Positions 14,926 to 28,845 of a stretch of DNA of 64,000 bases are shown in pieces. The stretch's first letter is position 1. Every line of letters begins with the position of its first letter. The DNA is from Paraspadella gotoi (Eukaryota > Animalia > Chaetognatha), in the NCBI GenBank assembly GCA_051294375.1, contig CM119266.1:23711237-23775236 (forward strand). Reading direction: 5' to 3'. A program made the translations under genes and the position numbers. A model generated the notes under the pieces. It saw nothing but the letters and a program-made list of their open reading frames with translations, did no database searches and was not told where the DNA came from.

Positions 14926-17253
14926 GTAAGGCCAAAAAAATGTCGAAAAAGAAGAAAGAAAAAAGTGATTTTCTTCCTACGATTGTAACTTTTAGTTTTG
15001 GCTTCTTTCGTTTTTTTTTCTTTTAGGTTTTATCAGTTTTTTTTATATTTTTAGGTTTTTGTTTTTTACGAGTTTTTTCGGTTTTTTGTTGAGTCTGATT
15101 TCAGGTTTTCTGGTTTTCCGCTTCGACTTCCTCATCTCCAACGTCGACGGCGGAGAAATTGCCTTCCGCAGATTTACGACTTTTTTCCCCTTTTATTCCG
15201 TTTTCGTTTCAGGCGCGGTGTGCCGGCGCGGCGCGGCGCTGCATATATTCCGGCTTTGGGTTGCGATTACTGCTGGTCCGGTGCCACTACAATTGGTGCA
15301 ATTGATATTAAGATTTCCGTGATGATTTGAGTTTTAGGCGGATAAATTATTTGGAGCCGTCGCTGTATTTGATTGCCTTTACTATCGAGTATGGAGTATC
15401 GATTATCTTTCAAGCTTATTTTTTCAAGCGTTCTTGTGTACAATGTTTGTATTAGCATTAGGCTCTGTTTTGTTTTTATTTTGATGGGGAAAAACACAGT
15501 TTATTTGTTAAACAACAACGGTTTTTTTTATTTTAAAAAAGGATTTACATGCTTCGACTTTTATTTTTTCCAGTCTACATCACTCAAATTTAGTTCCAAA
15601 AATCGCTGGCGTTAAGCTTTCATTCTTATGTTCTCTTTGTATTTCCGAAAAAAAAAGAATTAAAAAGATTAAAATCTAAATAATACTAAAGAATATTCAA
15701 AAACTTATGGCATTTTTCCGAAATTTTTGTTTCTGCTCCGCTCTTGTTTTTAATTTTTTTTTTTTTTAAATTATTCTAAATTTTTTTCGAAAAAAAGTCT
15801 TCCAAAAAATATGGACCCTCGTAAAATTTATTTTCCAAACGCCCCCCTTACCCCCAATTCCATTTTTCCATGTTCGCNNNNNNNNNNNNNNNNNNNNNNN
15901 NNNNNNNNNNNNNNNNNNNNNNNNNNNNNNNNNNNNNNNNNNNNNNNNNNNNNNNNNNNNNNNNNNNNNNNNNNNNNNNNNNNNNNNNNNNNNNNNNNNN
16001 NNNNNNNNNNNNNNNNNNNNNNNNNNNNNNNNNNNNNNNNNNNNNNNNNNNNNNNNNNNNNNNNNNNNNNNNNNNNNNNNNNNNNNNNNNNAAGAAAAGA
16101 AAAAAAATTATTTGAAAAAGCGCCTCGTAAAGGCGCTCGCGCTAGCGTTCGACGCCGACAGCATCGAGAGCGCTGGCGTTGGCGTGGCGCCACGGNNNNN
16201 NNNNNNNNNNNNNNNNNNNNNNNNNNNNNNNNNNNNNNNNNNNNNNNNNNNNNNNNNNNNNNNNNNNNNNNNNNNNNNNNNNNNNNNNNNNNNNNNNNNN
16301 NNNNNNNNNNNNNNNNNNNNNNNNNNNNNNNNNNNNNNNNNNNNNNNNNNNNNNNNNNNNNNNNNNNNNNNNNNNNNNGAGAGGAGAGTTGAGGACGCCA
16401 ATTCGAAAAACCCTTAGGTGCGTCTGAGATTTTAAAACCGGCGCTGTATCGACTGGACGAGGGAATCGGAGAAACTGGCGAATGGCGCCGAAAACGGTGG
16501 CGTAAATGGTGTCTCGGATCGATATGGCGTCTTGAATCGACAGGGCGTCGAAAGGGCGCGGCTTCGTTTTTTTTTTAAACTTTTACGATTTTCTTGAAAA
16601 CTTGCCAAAGTTTTGGATCTTAAACTTGAATTTAATTCTGCTCTTGTGACGTTTATTAGGATCTGATTATGTTTTAATTGGTTCCGTACTAAGTATGTAT
16701 AAAAATTGTATTGTATATAAATATTTTTACATTCGCATATATCATTTTTTGACAGGATCATCTAAATTTCTTTGGCCGTATTGTAAAGTTTCCAAAAAAA
16801 AATGCTTCTCGAATTAATTAGTCCTCAACGAGTCGTTATCCATCCAACGGAATCCTCGATACGTAATCGTAAACATCAAAATTAAATCGCCGCCACTGAC
16901 TTCACAAAGGGCTTCGTATCGGGATAATACTTGATTAATAGTGACTCATTACTCAATGATGCCGTTTTTTCTCAGCAATTAAATCGGGGCAAGTAGCAAT
17001 TAACATCGAGTTAAAAACTATTTCCCTTCAGATTTTAAATTCCTTCCCTCGTCATTTCACATAAATCGCGATTAGACTCTTTTTTTTAAATTTTTCTGTC
17101 GAAGTACAGAAGTTAACTATCAAATCATAAACCTTTTACGAATTTATAACCTTAACGCGAATAAATTAACAATAAATAACCGGCGGAGGATTTTTAAACG
17201 GACGAAATGGCGCGAAAAACCAAATCGAAGCTCCCAGCGTTAAGAGCTGATCG

Positions 17254-17285
<32 letters not shown>

Positions 17286-17313
17286 TCTCCTCTCTCTCTC
17301 TCTCTCTCTCTTC

Positions 17314-17352
<39 letters not shown>

Positions 17353-18258
17353 TTTCTCTCTCTCTCTCTCTGAAAACACACACACACACTCTCACTCTTT
17401 CTTTCGATGGGTCGTAAATCTTGGTTCCAAACGAAATAACGCATATTTTTTTATAAACATTTTTCATCCGTCGTTTGGTTGGTCGCTCTCTAATTCATCT
17501 GTTATATTGCGACGCTCGGACAACAACGAGACGAACGACGATGACGACTACGACTATTGACAAAAAATAAATATTAAAGTCAAACAACTTTCTAATAGAT
17601 TACTCGCATGTTTTAGACGCGAGGGATTCTATTTCGTGGTTTTAGCACGCAAAGATTTTTTTTTTTTTTAAATTTAAATTAAAATTAAAAATCTTCCAAC
17701 CACATCGCTATTCGCGGATAATCTGCGTGCGCCGTACACGCCGTCGTGTACGGGAAAAAATAAAAATTTCTGCGCGCGCGAAATGAGAAGAAAATGCCAT
17801 AAAAGTCGGTCCCTTAATTATCGCAGTCGTCGTCTCGTTCCTCTATTAACTCCTCTTCATAATTTCTTTCTCGCTTTTGGGTCAAACTATCATCGAGAGC
17901 GGGAACGACGACGACGACGACTACGACGACTACAACGATGTCGATGACGACCACGAAGACGACGTTTACGATCGAAGGCAGAACCGAAGGGCGGAGAAAC
18001 AAGTCGAAAAAAAAAAACGGGCAAAGGGGGCAAAAGGGCAGAGGCACACGAAGGGAACATCGTCGGTCAGAATTTTGATAATGATAACGATGATTATTTT
18101 TTTTTAATGATTGTTAATAAAGATAGAACAGGATGTCTTTTTGTGGGTGTACTCATCCAACATTCTATAATTTATTAGCGTCCGATAGAAATCTTTGCTG
18201 TGGTGAAAAAATTAAATTACACTCAACAATAATCTAAGAATCTTTCTATATTCTCTTT

Positions 18259-18317
<59 letters not shown>

Positions 18318-18732
18318 TTATTCCTACACGTCCAAAGAGACGCTCCTCCCACTCCCAAGTTTCTATCACCGCTATGTAATATTTATAGTCAGGGAAATAA
18401 CTTAGAAATAGCTTAGAGCGTCCGCGGGTCGGCGGCGGCGAATGCGGAGGGTGCGGCAGCGGGGGTGGAGGCGGAGGCAGAGGCAGAGTTGGAACAACCG
18501 AGTAATTATAACCCAGGTGTCCCGCAACTGTCTCATCGTCAAAAGACCCCAATGCTTTATACAATCAGAAAGCACGATAATATACTTATTATGTACGTAG
18601 CGTTTGGTAATATTAGTTTGTTGATTTTGCAAACTAAGGCTTGATCATAATTTTAATGATTTTTTTTTAAATACATCTTGATAATAAGCACATAAATACA
18701 AATCCAGAAGGCGCTTCAACCGCAACACGGAT

Positions 18733-18832
18733 CCAGGGCGCTCGATCGAGACGCCCGGGCGCTCGATCAAAGAGACAAAACCTCGCCAGGCGCTCGATCG
18801 ATGAGACAAAACCTCGCCAGGCGCTCGATCGA
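18733..18832 (+). repeat. Short GC-rich minisatellite, core ggcgctcgatc x4, with a ~32-bp unit (gagacaaaacctcgccaggcgctcgatcg) x2
   Basis: Direct reading. Confidence 0.85.
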
Positions 18833-19212
18833 GGATCTCCTCCAAAGTCCCTTCACGCTTTTTCCTTCCCTAATCATCGTCGCCGCAGTCACTCGCGCCG
18901 ACTCCCTCGTTACGACAGGAGAAAAAAAAAACGAAAAACCGCGAACAATAATAAATAAAAGGAAGATAATAATAAAAAAAATAATAAAACCCGAGGAATA
19001 AAATAACTTCTCCTCCTCCCCGACGGTTATACGACTTGTCCTCGCCCCTTGCGCTATACGACAACGACGACGACAGCGACGACGACAGTTACGCACAGAA
19101 TTAATGTCCCTCTCTCCCTGATGTGATGTATATTTTCCGTGCGACGGAGTTTTGGACTCGGGCAGCAGAAAAGATCGAAACTCAGTTTTTGACTTCCTTC
19201 GCGTTAACGTCA

Positions 19213-19328
<116 letters not shown>

Positions 19329-21227
19329 CAAAGCAATACAGAAGCTTTGCTTGAAAATTCATAACGATCCTCCTTCCTTTATGAAGTGAAGAATTAATGC
19401 CCGCCTTCTTTTTTTTTATTTCCTCGGCGCCGGGGGAATTATGGAAAATTACACATATGAAATGGGGAAGATGTGGGATATCATAGGGTGGGAGTGGGAA
19501 AATTGTAAGTGTGGTTGGGTTCGCTGATTTCATGAGCTGGGAAATGAGGAAACTACTATTAGATGGGAGATGGGATCGAATGAGGGGGGAACTAAGAAGA
19601 TGTGATTGACTTTCAAATCGAAATTAAAGAGACGAAAAAAAAAAAAAAATCGGTGAGAACAAATTTTCATTTATATCCATTTGAGTTGATGGATGGTGAC
19701 TGGCGCTGACTCTCTCTCCTTTTTTCCTACCCGTTTATTTCTGGATCCCGTGCAAACCGCTGCCCCGACGGTTAATGTCAGGTGTCGACGTCGGCTGACG
19801 ACAGCTGCGAACAGATGCCGACCGCAGGTGCCTCCCCCGTCGTTTCTCGGCGGGCGTTCTCGATAATCCTCATCTAAATGTCGAAACATCGTAATCTAAT
19901 TTCCCAACTTGGACCTAAATGGGCAAAAATTTAAAAAAAAATCTTCTGGGACAGAAACGACCGGTCGTTGGTGAAGTAAATGACCCGGTGGAAACTTTAT
20001 TTTTTCTAAATCTACGTATACGTACACTTTTTGGTCTGTCGGTCGTTTTCCAAAATAACAATAGAAAACTATTAAAAAAAATACTTTAAACGAAAAAAAA
20101 CAAAATGAAAAGTATGGATTGAATAATATTCAAAACATTTTTGTCTATTTAAATTATATTTTAAATCACTATTAAAAGTGCCGAAACTGAGGACACATCT
20201 AACCTTTTTTATCCCGCAAAAACGCGCGCCAGGATTGGGGCGTTTCTCCATTAAAATCATCTCACGGTTCGAAGGAGGGGATAATGTGTGTCTTTTGTCT
20301 AGTTTATGATCTGACTAATCAAGTTTTTTTTTTATCTGAAATTTAAAAAAAAAAGTAGTATCTTTCTCCTGGAAAATTGAGAAAAATTTAGTGGACGTCT
20401 ATCGTTTCACGTTGTAATGAAGCGACGGGCGGGTTTCTGCGGTGAAAGTGGAAACGGAAAGTTGTGGAGATGAGTGAATGATTGAGCGGGAAAGAAAAAA
20501 AAAAAAGAAAAATTTGGTGAATAGGTAAGAAAAATAAGAATAGTGTTCAAGGAAGGAAAGAGAGATAGAGAGTAAGAGTGAGCAAAGAGAGAATGAGAGA
20601 GAGGGAGAGTAAGTGAAAAGTGAGTAACTGAGTGAGCGAGATGAAAACAGTGAGCCAACGGGGAATAGAAGTGTCGGCGATCACAAAATAAGATAGCCAA
20701 GATAGTAAGATAGCTCTCTCTCTTTGTGAGGGAGAGCGAACAGAGTCTGAAACAAGGCAAACAAAGACTAAGAGAGTGAGCTCAAGGAGAGGGAGAGAGT
20801 GAGAAAACAGAGAGGATGAAAGGAGCGGAGAGAGGATGAAGAAGGAAAAAGTCCCAGAGGTTCGAGGAAGAGATTTATCTTTGTTTTCGCCTTCGCCCGG
20901 ATTCAGGACCGGAGGGACTCGGAAGGGGGCGTGGTGGAGGAGGGCCGAGGGGGGGTGGTCGGCTTTGGGGTTAAGGGACTTCAAGGGTGAGAAGCACAGA
21001 AGAGAAGTTGATAGGGAAAAAAGTGGGCGAAACCGCAGAGGAGTTGGACGAAGGGGATAAGAGGGAAAAAGGACTAAGGAAGTTTGGGACAGGGGAGTGA
21101 GATGAGAGGAGATGCGAAAGTCGCAGTTACAGTCTGAAATAACTGACATCTCACCGTCTCACATGCTTACAGTTCCAGTGTCTCACACAGTCTGCCAGAT
21201 TCTTTGATATTTGATATTGCAGTAGAG

Positions 21228-21295
21228 CAGAGGTTCAAGCGGGCTCGAACCCGGAACCTCACTGACCAAAAAGCGAGTCTCCCAACGACCCGGGA
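21228..21295 (-). mobile_element. Possible tRNA-derived SINE head relic
   Basis: B-box-like GGTTCGAGCCC (plus 21241-21252) preceded by a gaggttccgg variable-loop-like context; it does not fold as a full cloverleaf. Confidence 0.3.
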
Positions 21296-24017
21296 GAAGG
21301 ACGAGGTTAACCTTCCCCGAAATTCCTCGGCCTCTCGGTCTTCGGCTTTCGGCGGAACGATTTCACTTGTGATGCATGACATGTGATTAATTATAAACGA
21401 TCGAGGATTCGTCGGGTTCACAACTCAAACACTCTCGCTCTCTCTCTCTTCTCTCTCTATCTCCTCTCTCTCTCTTCTCAGTCTCTCTTCTCTCTTCTCG
21501 TCCTCTCTCTCTCTGCTCATCTCTCTCTCTCTTTCTCCTCTCTCCTCTCTCTCTCTTCTCCGTCTCCCTCTCTCTCTCTCCTTCTCTCCCTTCGCCCTCC
21601 GTTACAAAACTCTCCTCTCATCGAATACCTCTTCCTGAGGCCCTCCTGTTCTCTCCCTCCATCGCTCCTCCATCGGTCTTCTCTCTCAGCGGCCTCGTTT
21701 ATCAAGAAATATATTTTTCGATGCGAAAATGCACCTCTTTAGAATACTTTAGAACATGACTTTAAACATGATATACATTATAAAATTTTTTAAAAATTAA
21801 ACATAATCAGTAATAATTCCGACGTACCGTTGGCCAGTGATTATTCAAGATAAATATGACGGTATTTCATTACATTAAAAAAACAACTAAAACTTAGTTT
21901 ACAACCTTAAAAGATTGACGAGACTCATTATTACCTCGTGAGCCAGAACGAATAGCACAAAGTAGAAATTTATTATACAGAAACTACTTAATAAAAGTTA
22001 ATTTATTATTAGTCATTTGGTAGAAAAGGACTTGACGTTTTTAAAAAATACCAGATTTATGCAAAACTGACTTAGTAAATATACCTTAATACCAAGAAGA
22101 ATGGCAGCGATTTTATTAATTTAAACTTTAAAACTTTACTCTCAATTGACTTTTGTTCCACCTGTTTCAGCTTCGACAAAAAGCAACGTCTCTCTCATTC
22201 GCCCCGATATATATTTCATCATTCTCTTCCTCTCGGCCTTCCACCATCTCGTCCCCCACAACATCAAGCAACCACCAAGCCCACCACCCATACCCCATCT
22301 CCTTTATCCCCTCAGCAAACCACCCACGTGGATCCGCTGAGCCGACAAAGCCCGACTCGCTCGCGTAACGAAAATTTGTCTTCATCAAATTTTATTTCTG
22401 AAAAAAAAAATAGAGAAAAAACAGAAAAAAAGGAAAAAAAAGAGAGAAGGATAAAAAATTAGTTTAACCCTTCGTTTTTATTTGAGTCGTCGGTTGAAAA
22501 AAAAAAAACCGTCGGATGCGGAAATGAGTTTTAGGAAGAGAAGGTTGTGATGAGGAGAAGGAAAGGTCGCGCAGGTGGTGCTGCGGCTGCCAAATTCAAT
22601 ATGCGAAACTTACGTTTATAAATTTGGTTAAGGTGATCGTCGCGACTCTAAACTTTGGAGATTAAGAATGGTTGGCCTAAAAAATATGCAACGTTCGAAG
22701 TTTTTATCAAGAATTACTCGAGAATATTCAGATAATTCTTTTTTTCTTTTTAAATCTGATTGGCAATTATTACTGAACGTTTCTGTCGCCATAAACGAAT
22801 CTCTTTTTATTAGATAAAAAAAGAAGCTTCGCGTAAAAAGGGTGAAAACGTTCGTAACAAAAACTTTGTTGTCAATCAAACTCAAAGTTTTATCTCCTTG
22901 AATTAAGAGTATGTGTGAGAACGTTTTTGAGATCAAATATCAAATTGTATTACAAAATGAACGACGAAAAAGGATAACTGACATTCACTAAAAATGGACT
23001 TCTAAAATAGAAACAATATTCTCTCTCTCTCTCNNNNNNNNNNNNNNNNNNNNNNNNNNNNNNNNNNNNNNNNNNNNNNNNNNNNNNNNNNNNNNNNNNN
23101 NNNNNNNNNNNNNNNNNNNNNNNNNNNNNNNNNNNNNNNNNNNNNNNNNNNNNNNNNNNNNNNNNNNNNNNNNNNNNNNNNNNNNNNNNNNNNNNNNNNN
23201 NNNNNNNNNNNNNNNNNNNNNNNNCTCCAAGTTTCCCCGAGATCTCGTCTCCCCGAAATCGATCACGTTCGCCTCAACCCGAACCCATAAATCCTGCGCA
23301 CGGTCGAATCTCGTGTCCGCCTCTGCACGTGCGTTCGCGTCGCGAAATTCCGGGGGAATCGCTCCCGCTCTCGCTCGCGTCGAGTCTCCGCCCACCGAAA
23401 TGCGCGTGCTTTTCTCGGTGGCCGCGCACCCAACGCGTCTCCTTTCGCACGCACGCGCACGCGATGAATTCGGACGGAATTACGTCGCCTCGACGCGCGA
23501 ACCCCCGACCCTGATCTCGCCCATCATTTCGCTGAACCATTTCCATTCCTCTCTCCTCTTCTCTACTGCTCATCTCGTCTCTGCTTCTCGTACTCTCGTC
23601 GTCTTCTGCGCGCGGGTCGTATTTCGCTCATCTCTCTCTCTCTCTTCTCTCGTCTCTCGATCTCTCCTTTCTCTTCTCTCTCTCTCATCTACTCTCTCAC
23701 GTGTACAGCCTGGGGTTTTTTGGCGCGTGATGTCTGACCGCGCTGGCGAGAATCAATTCCGAATCACGGCCGAGATCAAAAGTGCGGAAGGAAACGCGAG
23801 CACCGATTCGAAGAGGGGAGAGGCGTGAGAGGAAGTGGCGGAAGGAAAAAAAGAGAGCGGGGAAGAGTTTGGGCGAAGTGGGAAAGAGAATAAGACGTGG
23901 AAGGAAAAGGAGAGCAGGGGGCAGAGGGCAGGGGACTCGAGAGAGAATAGTAAGAAGGAAAAAGGGGAATTGGGAAATGAGATAATACTTGGGTAACCGA
24001 ACAGAAATTCTTTCTTT

Positions 24018-24018
<1 letters not shown>

Positions 24019-24114
<96 letters not shown>
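24019..24114 (+). repeat. (TATC)n microsatellite
   Basis: Direct reading. Confidence 0.95.
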
Positions 24115-24116
<2 letters not shown>

Positions 24117-25240
24117 ATCTCTTCTAACTAAAAGAAACAATATTGATAATTTTACAGATACAAAGCATAAAAACTTCAATAAAATGTATAGAAAATTAAA
24201 GAAATTATCGCAATCAGGAAAGTAAAGTGTGGGAATCTTGATAGAGTGACGGACGACCGATTGATGCGCCAACTGAGATCTGACGATCGATAATGTTACG
24301 GAACAAAAGGTCGACGAGACTGATCGAGTTAGCGAACATGGATGACGTCGTTAGATAACGACGCAGAAGGTTGTTCTTCGTTACTTTATATTGAGACAGG
24401 TTTTCTTTAGCCTATATNNNNNNNNNNNNNNNNNNNNNNNNNNNNNNNNNNNNNNNNNNNNNNNNNNNNNNNNNNNNNNNNNNNNNNNNNNNNNNNNNNN
24501 NNNNNNNNNNNNNNNNNNNNNNNNNNNNNNNNNNNNNNNNNNNNNNNNNNNNNNNNNNNNNNNNNNNNNNNNNNNNNNNNNNNNNNNNNNNNNNNNNNNN
24601 NNNNNNNNNNNNNNNNACTAACTAATTTAATAAAGTAAGAAAAACCTACTGAGATACATAACGGACGAGAGAAACTACTTTTTTACAAATAAGTTCTTTT
24701 CCCCGGCAAAGNNNNNNNNNNNNNNNNNNNNNNNNNNNNNNNNNNNNNNNNNNNNNNNNNNNNNNNNNNNNNNNNNNNNNNNNNNNNNNNNNNNNNNNNN
24801 NNNNNNNNNNNNNNNNNNNNNNNNNNNNNNNNNNNNNNNNNNNNNNNNNNNNNNNNNNNNNNNNNNNNNNNNNNNNNNNNNNNNNNNNNNNNNNNNNNNN
24901 NNNNNNNNNNNNNNNNNNNNNNNNNNNNNNNNNNNNNNNNNNNNNNNNNNNNNNNCCCCCCCCTCAGTTGGTTATTGGCCTCACGAAAAACTGCCAACGG
25001 GAGCGAGAATTTCTTTGCCGACATAAAAATCCATTTTCCCTTTCACTCGCTCCCGATTCTGACAAAGAAAAACAGAGAAAAGAGAAACGGGGTGGATTTC
25101 GCGTCCTTTGCCCGGGATTAAGGGGGGGAGGGAGGGAAGTGGGGGGCTGAGGGGCGAGAGGGCTGGGGGGGTGATGTACGGGATTATGGGTGGGGAGACG
25201 AGAGGTCGGGCCTGGTTAGTGGGGAAGGAAACGCGTGTCT

Positions 25241-25640
25241 AGATGGCGGGAGAGAATTTAAGGTGGCGAGGAAGGAAAGAATAAAAAAAAAGATGGCGCC
25301 TGAGTTTAAAGGGCAGAACTGAATGGAAGAAATGAGCTTCGAATCTGGTGTGCTGAGGATGCTGTTGGAGTGGCAAAATTCGTATTTGGAAATCGNNNNN
25401 NNNNNNNNNNNNNNNNNNNNNNNNNNNNNNNNNNNNNNNNNNNNNNNNNNNNNNNNNNNNNNNNNNNNNNNNNNNNNNNNNNNNNNNNNNNNNNNNNNNN
25501 NNNNNNNNNNNNNNNNNNNNNNNNNNNNNNNNNNNNNNNNNNNNNNNNNNNNNNNNNNNNNNNNNNNNNNNNNNNNNNNNNNNNNNNNNNNNNNNNNNNN
25601 NNNNNNNNCAATCTTTTTCCCTCGCAACCACAGATGGCGC
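25241..25640 (+). promoter_or_regulatory. Cluster of three co-oriented AGATGGCG motifs (CTCF core or YY1/Pho-like)
   Basis: Matches start at 25241, 25291 and 25632. Motif match only. Confidence 0.3.
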
Positions 25641-26670
25641 CGCTGCGGCAGAAACAAAGCATCAATCATTCCGCAGCTCAACAAACTCGGAGAAAGTCGG
25701 AGAGAAACAAAAAAAGGGAGAAGTGGGTGGTGGAAAGGGGGAAGGGGGTTGGAAGGGGTGGATGGTGGTGAGGGGTAGAAAGGAGTGGAAAAGTGTGGAA
25801 AGATTAGGATGGGTTAAACTGTCGAACTGTAAAAGAGAATGAAAGAAAAAGACGGGACATAAAAAGTAAAAACTATTAGAATTTAGAGAAAAGGAACCAT
25901 TCGAAAACAGCAACAACGAGAAACAATGATAAGAAATTGAAATTTTAATCTAAATGTGACACAGAGCGACTGACGACCAAAGACCGACTCGTCGCGTGGT
26001 GGTCGACAGGAAGGTGGCAAAGGGTTTAAGAGCCAGGGGTGTCTCCATAGCGGGGGGGCGGGGAGGGGCGAGACGGATGAGAAAAGGTGGATTATAGCGG
26101 GAAATGATGGACGGGCTTCGACGGGGACGGAAGAAGAAAAACAAACAATCGGCGATGGAAAGGGAGACGCGAATCGTTTGAAAAGGATCGAGCGAGTGTG
26201 AAATAAAATATCGAGAAAACAACGACGGCGACGAGACAAAGAGGGAGAGAGAGAGAGACGTGCTTTTATTTTTTTTTTTACCAAAGAAATGGGCGCGAGA
26301 GCTTAGAATGTTTTCCTTAATAGATTTCTACCTCGATTCAAACCGTAATAAAAACAGAATTATTAGGGGAAGAGTTTATTTTAGGTTTCCTAAAAAATAA
26401 TTACGACATATCAGTTATCACATAACATTCTAACAAAATTCATCGACTTCGAAGTGAACTTTAAAAAAAAAATGATTTAAAGAAAAAAAAATAACGGTAG
26501 TTAAGTATTTCAGCCCGCCAAAAAAACATAGACAAAACGGAGGGGCTGGTTGAAAAGAAAAAAAAATTTAAAAGGGACCTAATGTTTCCGTTTTTGGCTC
26601 AAAGAAACTGGAAACGTTTCAAAATCGAATAAAAAGGTCAACTTGGCTTTTGGAATTTTTTCGTCGGTTC

Positions 26671-26731
<61 letters not shown>

Positions 26732-26942
26732 TCTTTCTCTCTTTCTCTCTCTTTCTCTCTCCCCTCTCTCTCTTCTCCAACCCGCATTCAATGTGTGGCA
26801 ATATGTCGTGGCTAGGGCATTCGCGCGTCCCCTTTGCGCGGTCGTCCCTCGCTCAGGGCTCGAGCCTCGACTGACAAGACAATAATTCACTTCCCTTTGA
26901 TGAACAACTTGAAGCGGATTCGAATCCCGCCCGCCGCGCCGT

Positions 26943-26996
<54 letters not shown>

Positions 26997-27444
26997 AGAG
27001 AGAGGAGAGGAGAGGAAGAGAGAGACCAACGGTGGGTTGCTCGGCCCGAAAATGATGAAGTTACACGATGAGAGAAAGGAAGAACGAAGATCAAGAGTAA
27101 CGTCAGCGATTATTTTCAAAAAAGAAAAGAAAGAGAGAAATAAGAGAGAAAGAAGAATGAGGATCGAAAGATCGAACGATTATCTCGAAAGGAAAAATAT
27201 TATTATCGTTTTTTTTTCTTTCTTAAGTTTTTGACTTCGCGTCAATTTAGGGCTAATTTGTTTTGTTTTTAATGAAGTAATGATAAAAAAAGAAGTTTAA
27301 AATAGTAAATAAGAAAACAAAATTTAGATTTTTTGCAACGAATTATTTTATTAAATTGCGCCGAGCCCGGGGTCAATTCACGAATTACGAAGATTAATAA
27401 TAAATATAAATAATGAACCAAAAGAAAAAAAAGGCGATAGAAAA

Positions 27445-27524
<80 letters not shown>

Positions 27525-28564
27525 AGAGGAGGCATATGGTGACTTCCCTCCACTATCCGACGCTGATTGTCCTCCGCGACTCAGCGCGAGACTTCCTCCG
27601 CGGCGAGTAGTCGCTCTGATTCCTCGTCTCGCCGCGAAGGAAAGGATTCTCTTCCTCTCTTTCTCTCTCTCTCTCCTTCGCTCTCTTTCGCGATCTACTC
27701 TCGAATTTTGGGGAGAAATTATCATTTCTCATGAAAAATCAATGTCAATAGGGTAAGTATATAAAGCATAGAAATCAAAATAAAATGGCATAATTTTCTG
27801 TTACCGACAGGAGTAGTTAGGATTAGAAGGGTTTATGGTTAGGTAATTCGTCTATTTTTTTAAAAATGTTTAAATAAATATTTTTAAGTAGTTTTTCAAA
27901 AACGCCAAAACCCCGGCCCGAAAAGTAACTTTTAAACAATAAAATTATCAATATTTTTTTTCATAATTTTTATTTTGTATTATTATTTACTTTGCTTCGT
28001 CTCGTCATCTGGTTCAGTTAACTTTGTCTTTGTCTGAGAAGCTGACAGTGTTTAGAGAGGTCGCGTTCATCACACTGCTCCTTATACGGGTAAAGTAACA
28101 AATGTTCCTTCAATAATGTTCTCAGACTTACAATAGCTACAGTTATACATAATAAACTCAAAAAAAGTTATTTAACAATAATAAAAAGAGAAAAGACAAT
28201 AGTAAAAATACCATACGAGTTGAAACAAATCTATGGTCAGTTAACATTTGACCTTAAGTCGTAGGTCACGATTTAGGTAAGTTAAGAGTCATCAAGTGTT
28301 GTTGTTTTGTCGTTGTGATAAATAATAAAATAGAAAGCAAAAACTACAGAGAGAGAGAGAAAAAGAGTCGAAGCGGTATTTCGCGGATCTTTCGCACCCT
28401 AGACCCGCGACGATTCGCCGTCGGTAGAGAAAGGAAGAGGATTGCTCATTTTCGCAGAGTCACCGACGCGGATGACTCGACTTTCGACCCGCGGTAAGAG
28501 AGTGAGGAGCGGAAGGAGAGGAAGCTTTTGTCGTCGGCGGCTCGTCGATTGTCACCAACCCCAT

Positions 28565-28598
<34 letters not shown>

Positions 28599-28814
28599 CA
28601 GAATTATCGATGATCATCGTGATTTTCCGACACAGAAATGACTAATCATCAAAGATTTCGTGCCAACATGCTCACCTTCCGTTCGCCTGTCGTTTCGTCT
28701 CTCGTTCGCCCTGTCTGACCACGATCAGACTGTCTGATCGTTTTCGTGACCCGCTCCTCGTGCACTCTCTCTTCTCCTCTCTCCCTTCTCTCTCTCTCCC
28801 CCCCTCTTCTCTCT

Positions 28815-28845
<31 letters not shown>

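Noticed and set aside
16835-16860. Minus-strand FRWM as a possible Hox hexapeptide
   Set aside because: It is not YPWM-like in context, has no open exon around it, and lies on the wrong side of the homeobox.
18733-18832. Spaced ~30-bp repeats suggestive of a CRISPR-like array
   Set aside because: The units are tandem with no unique spacers and the context is eukaryotic; it is a minisatellite.
20012-20026. tacgtatacgta palindrome with an iab-4/iab-8-like seed
   Set aside because: Only the seed matches; there is no precursor hairpin.
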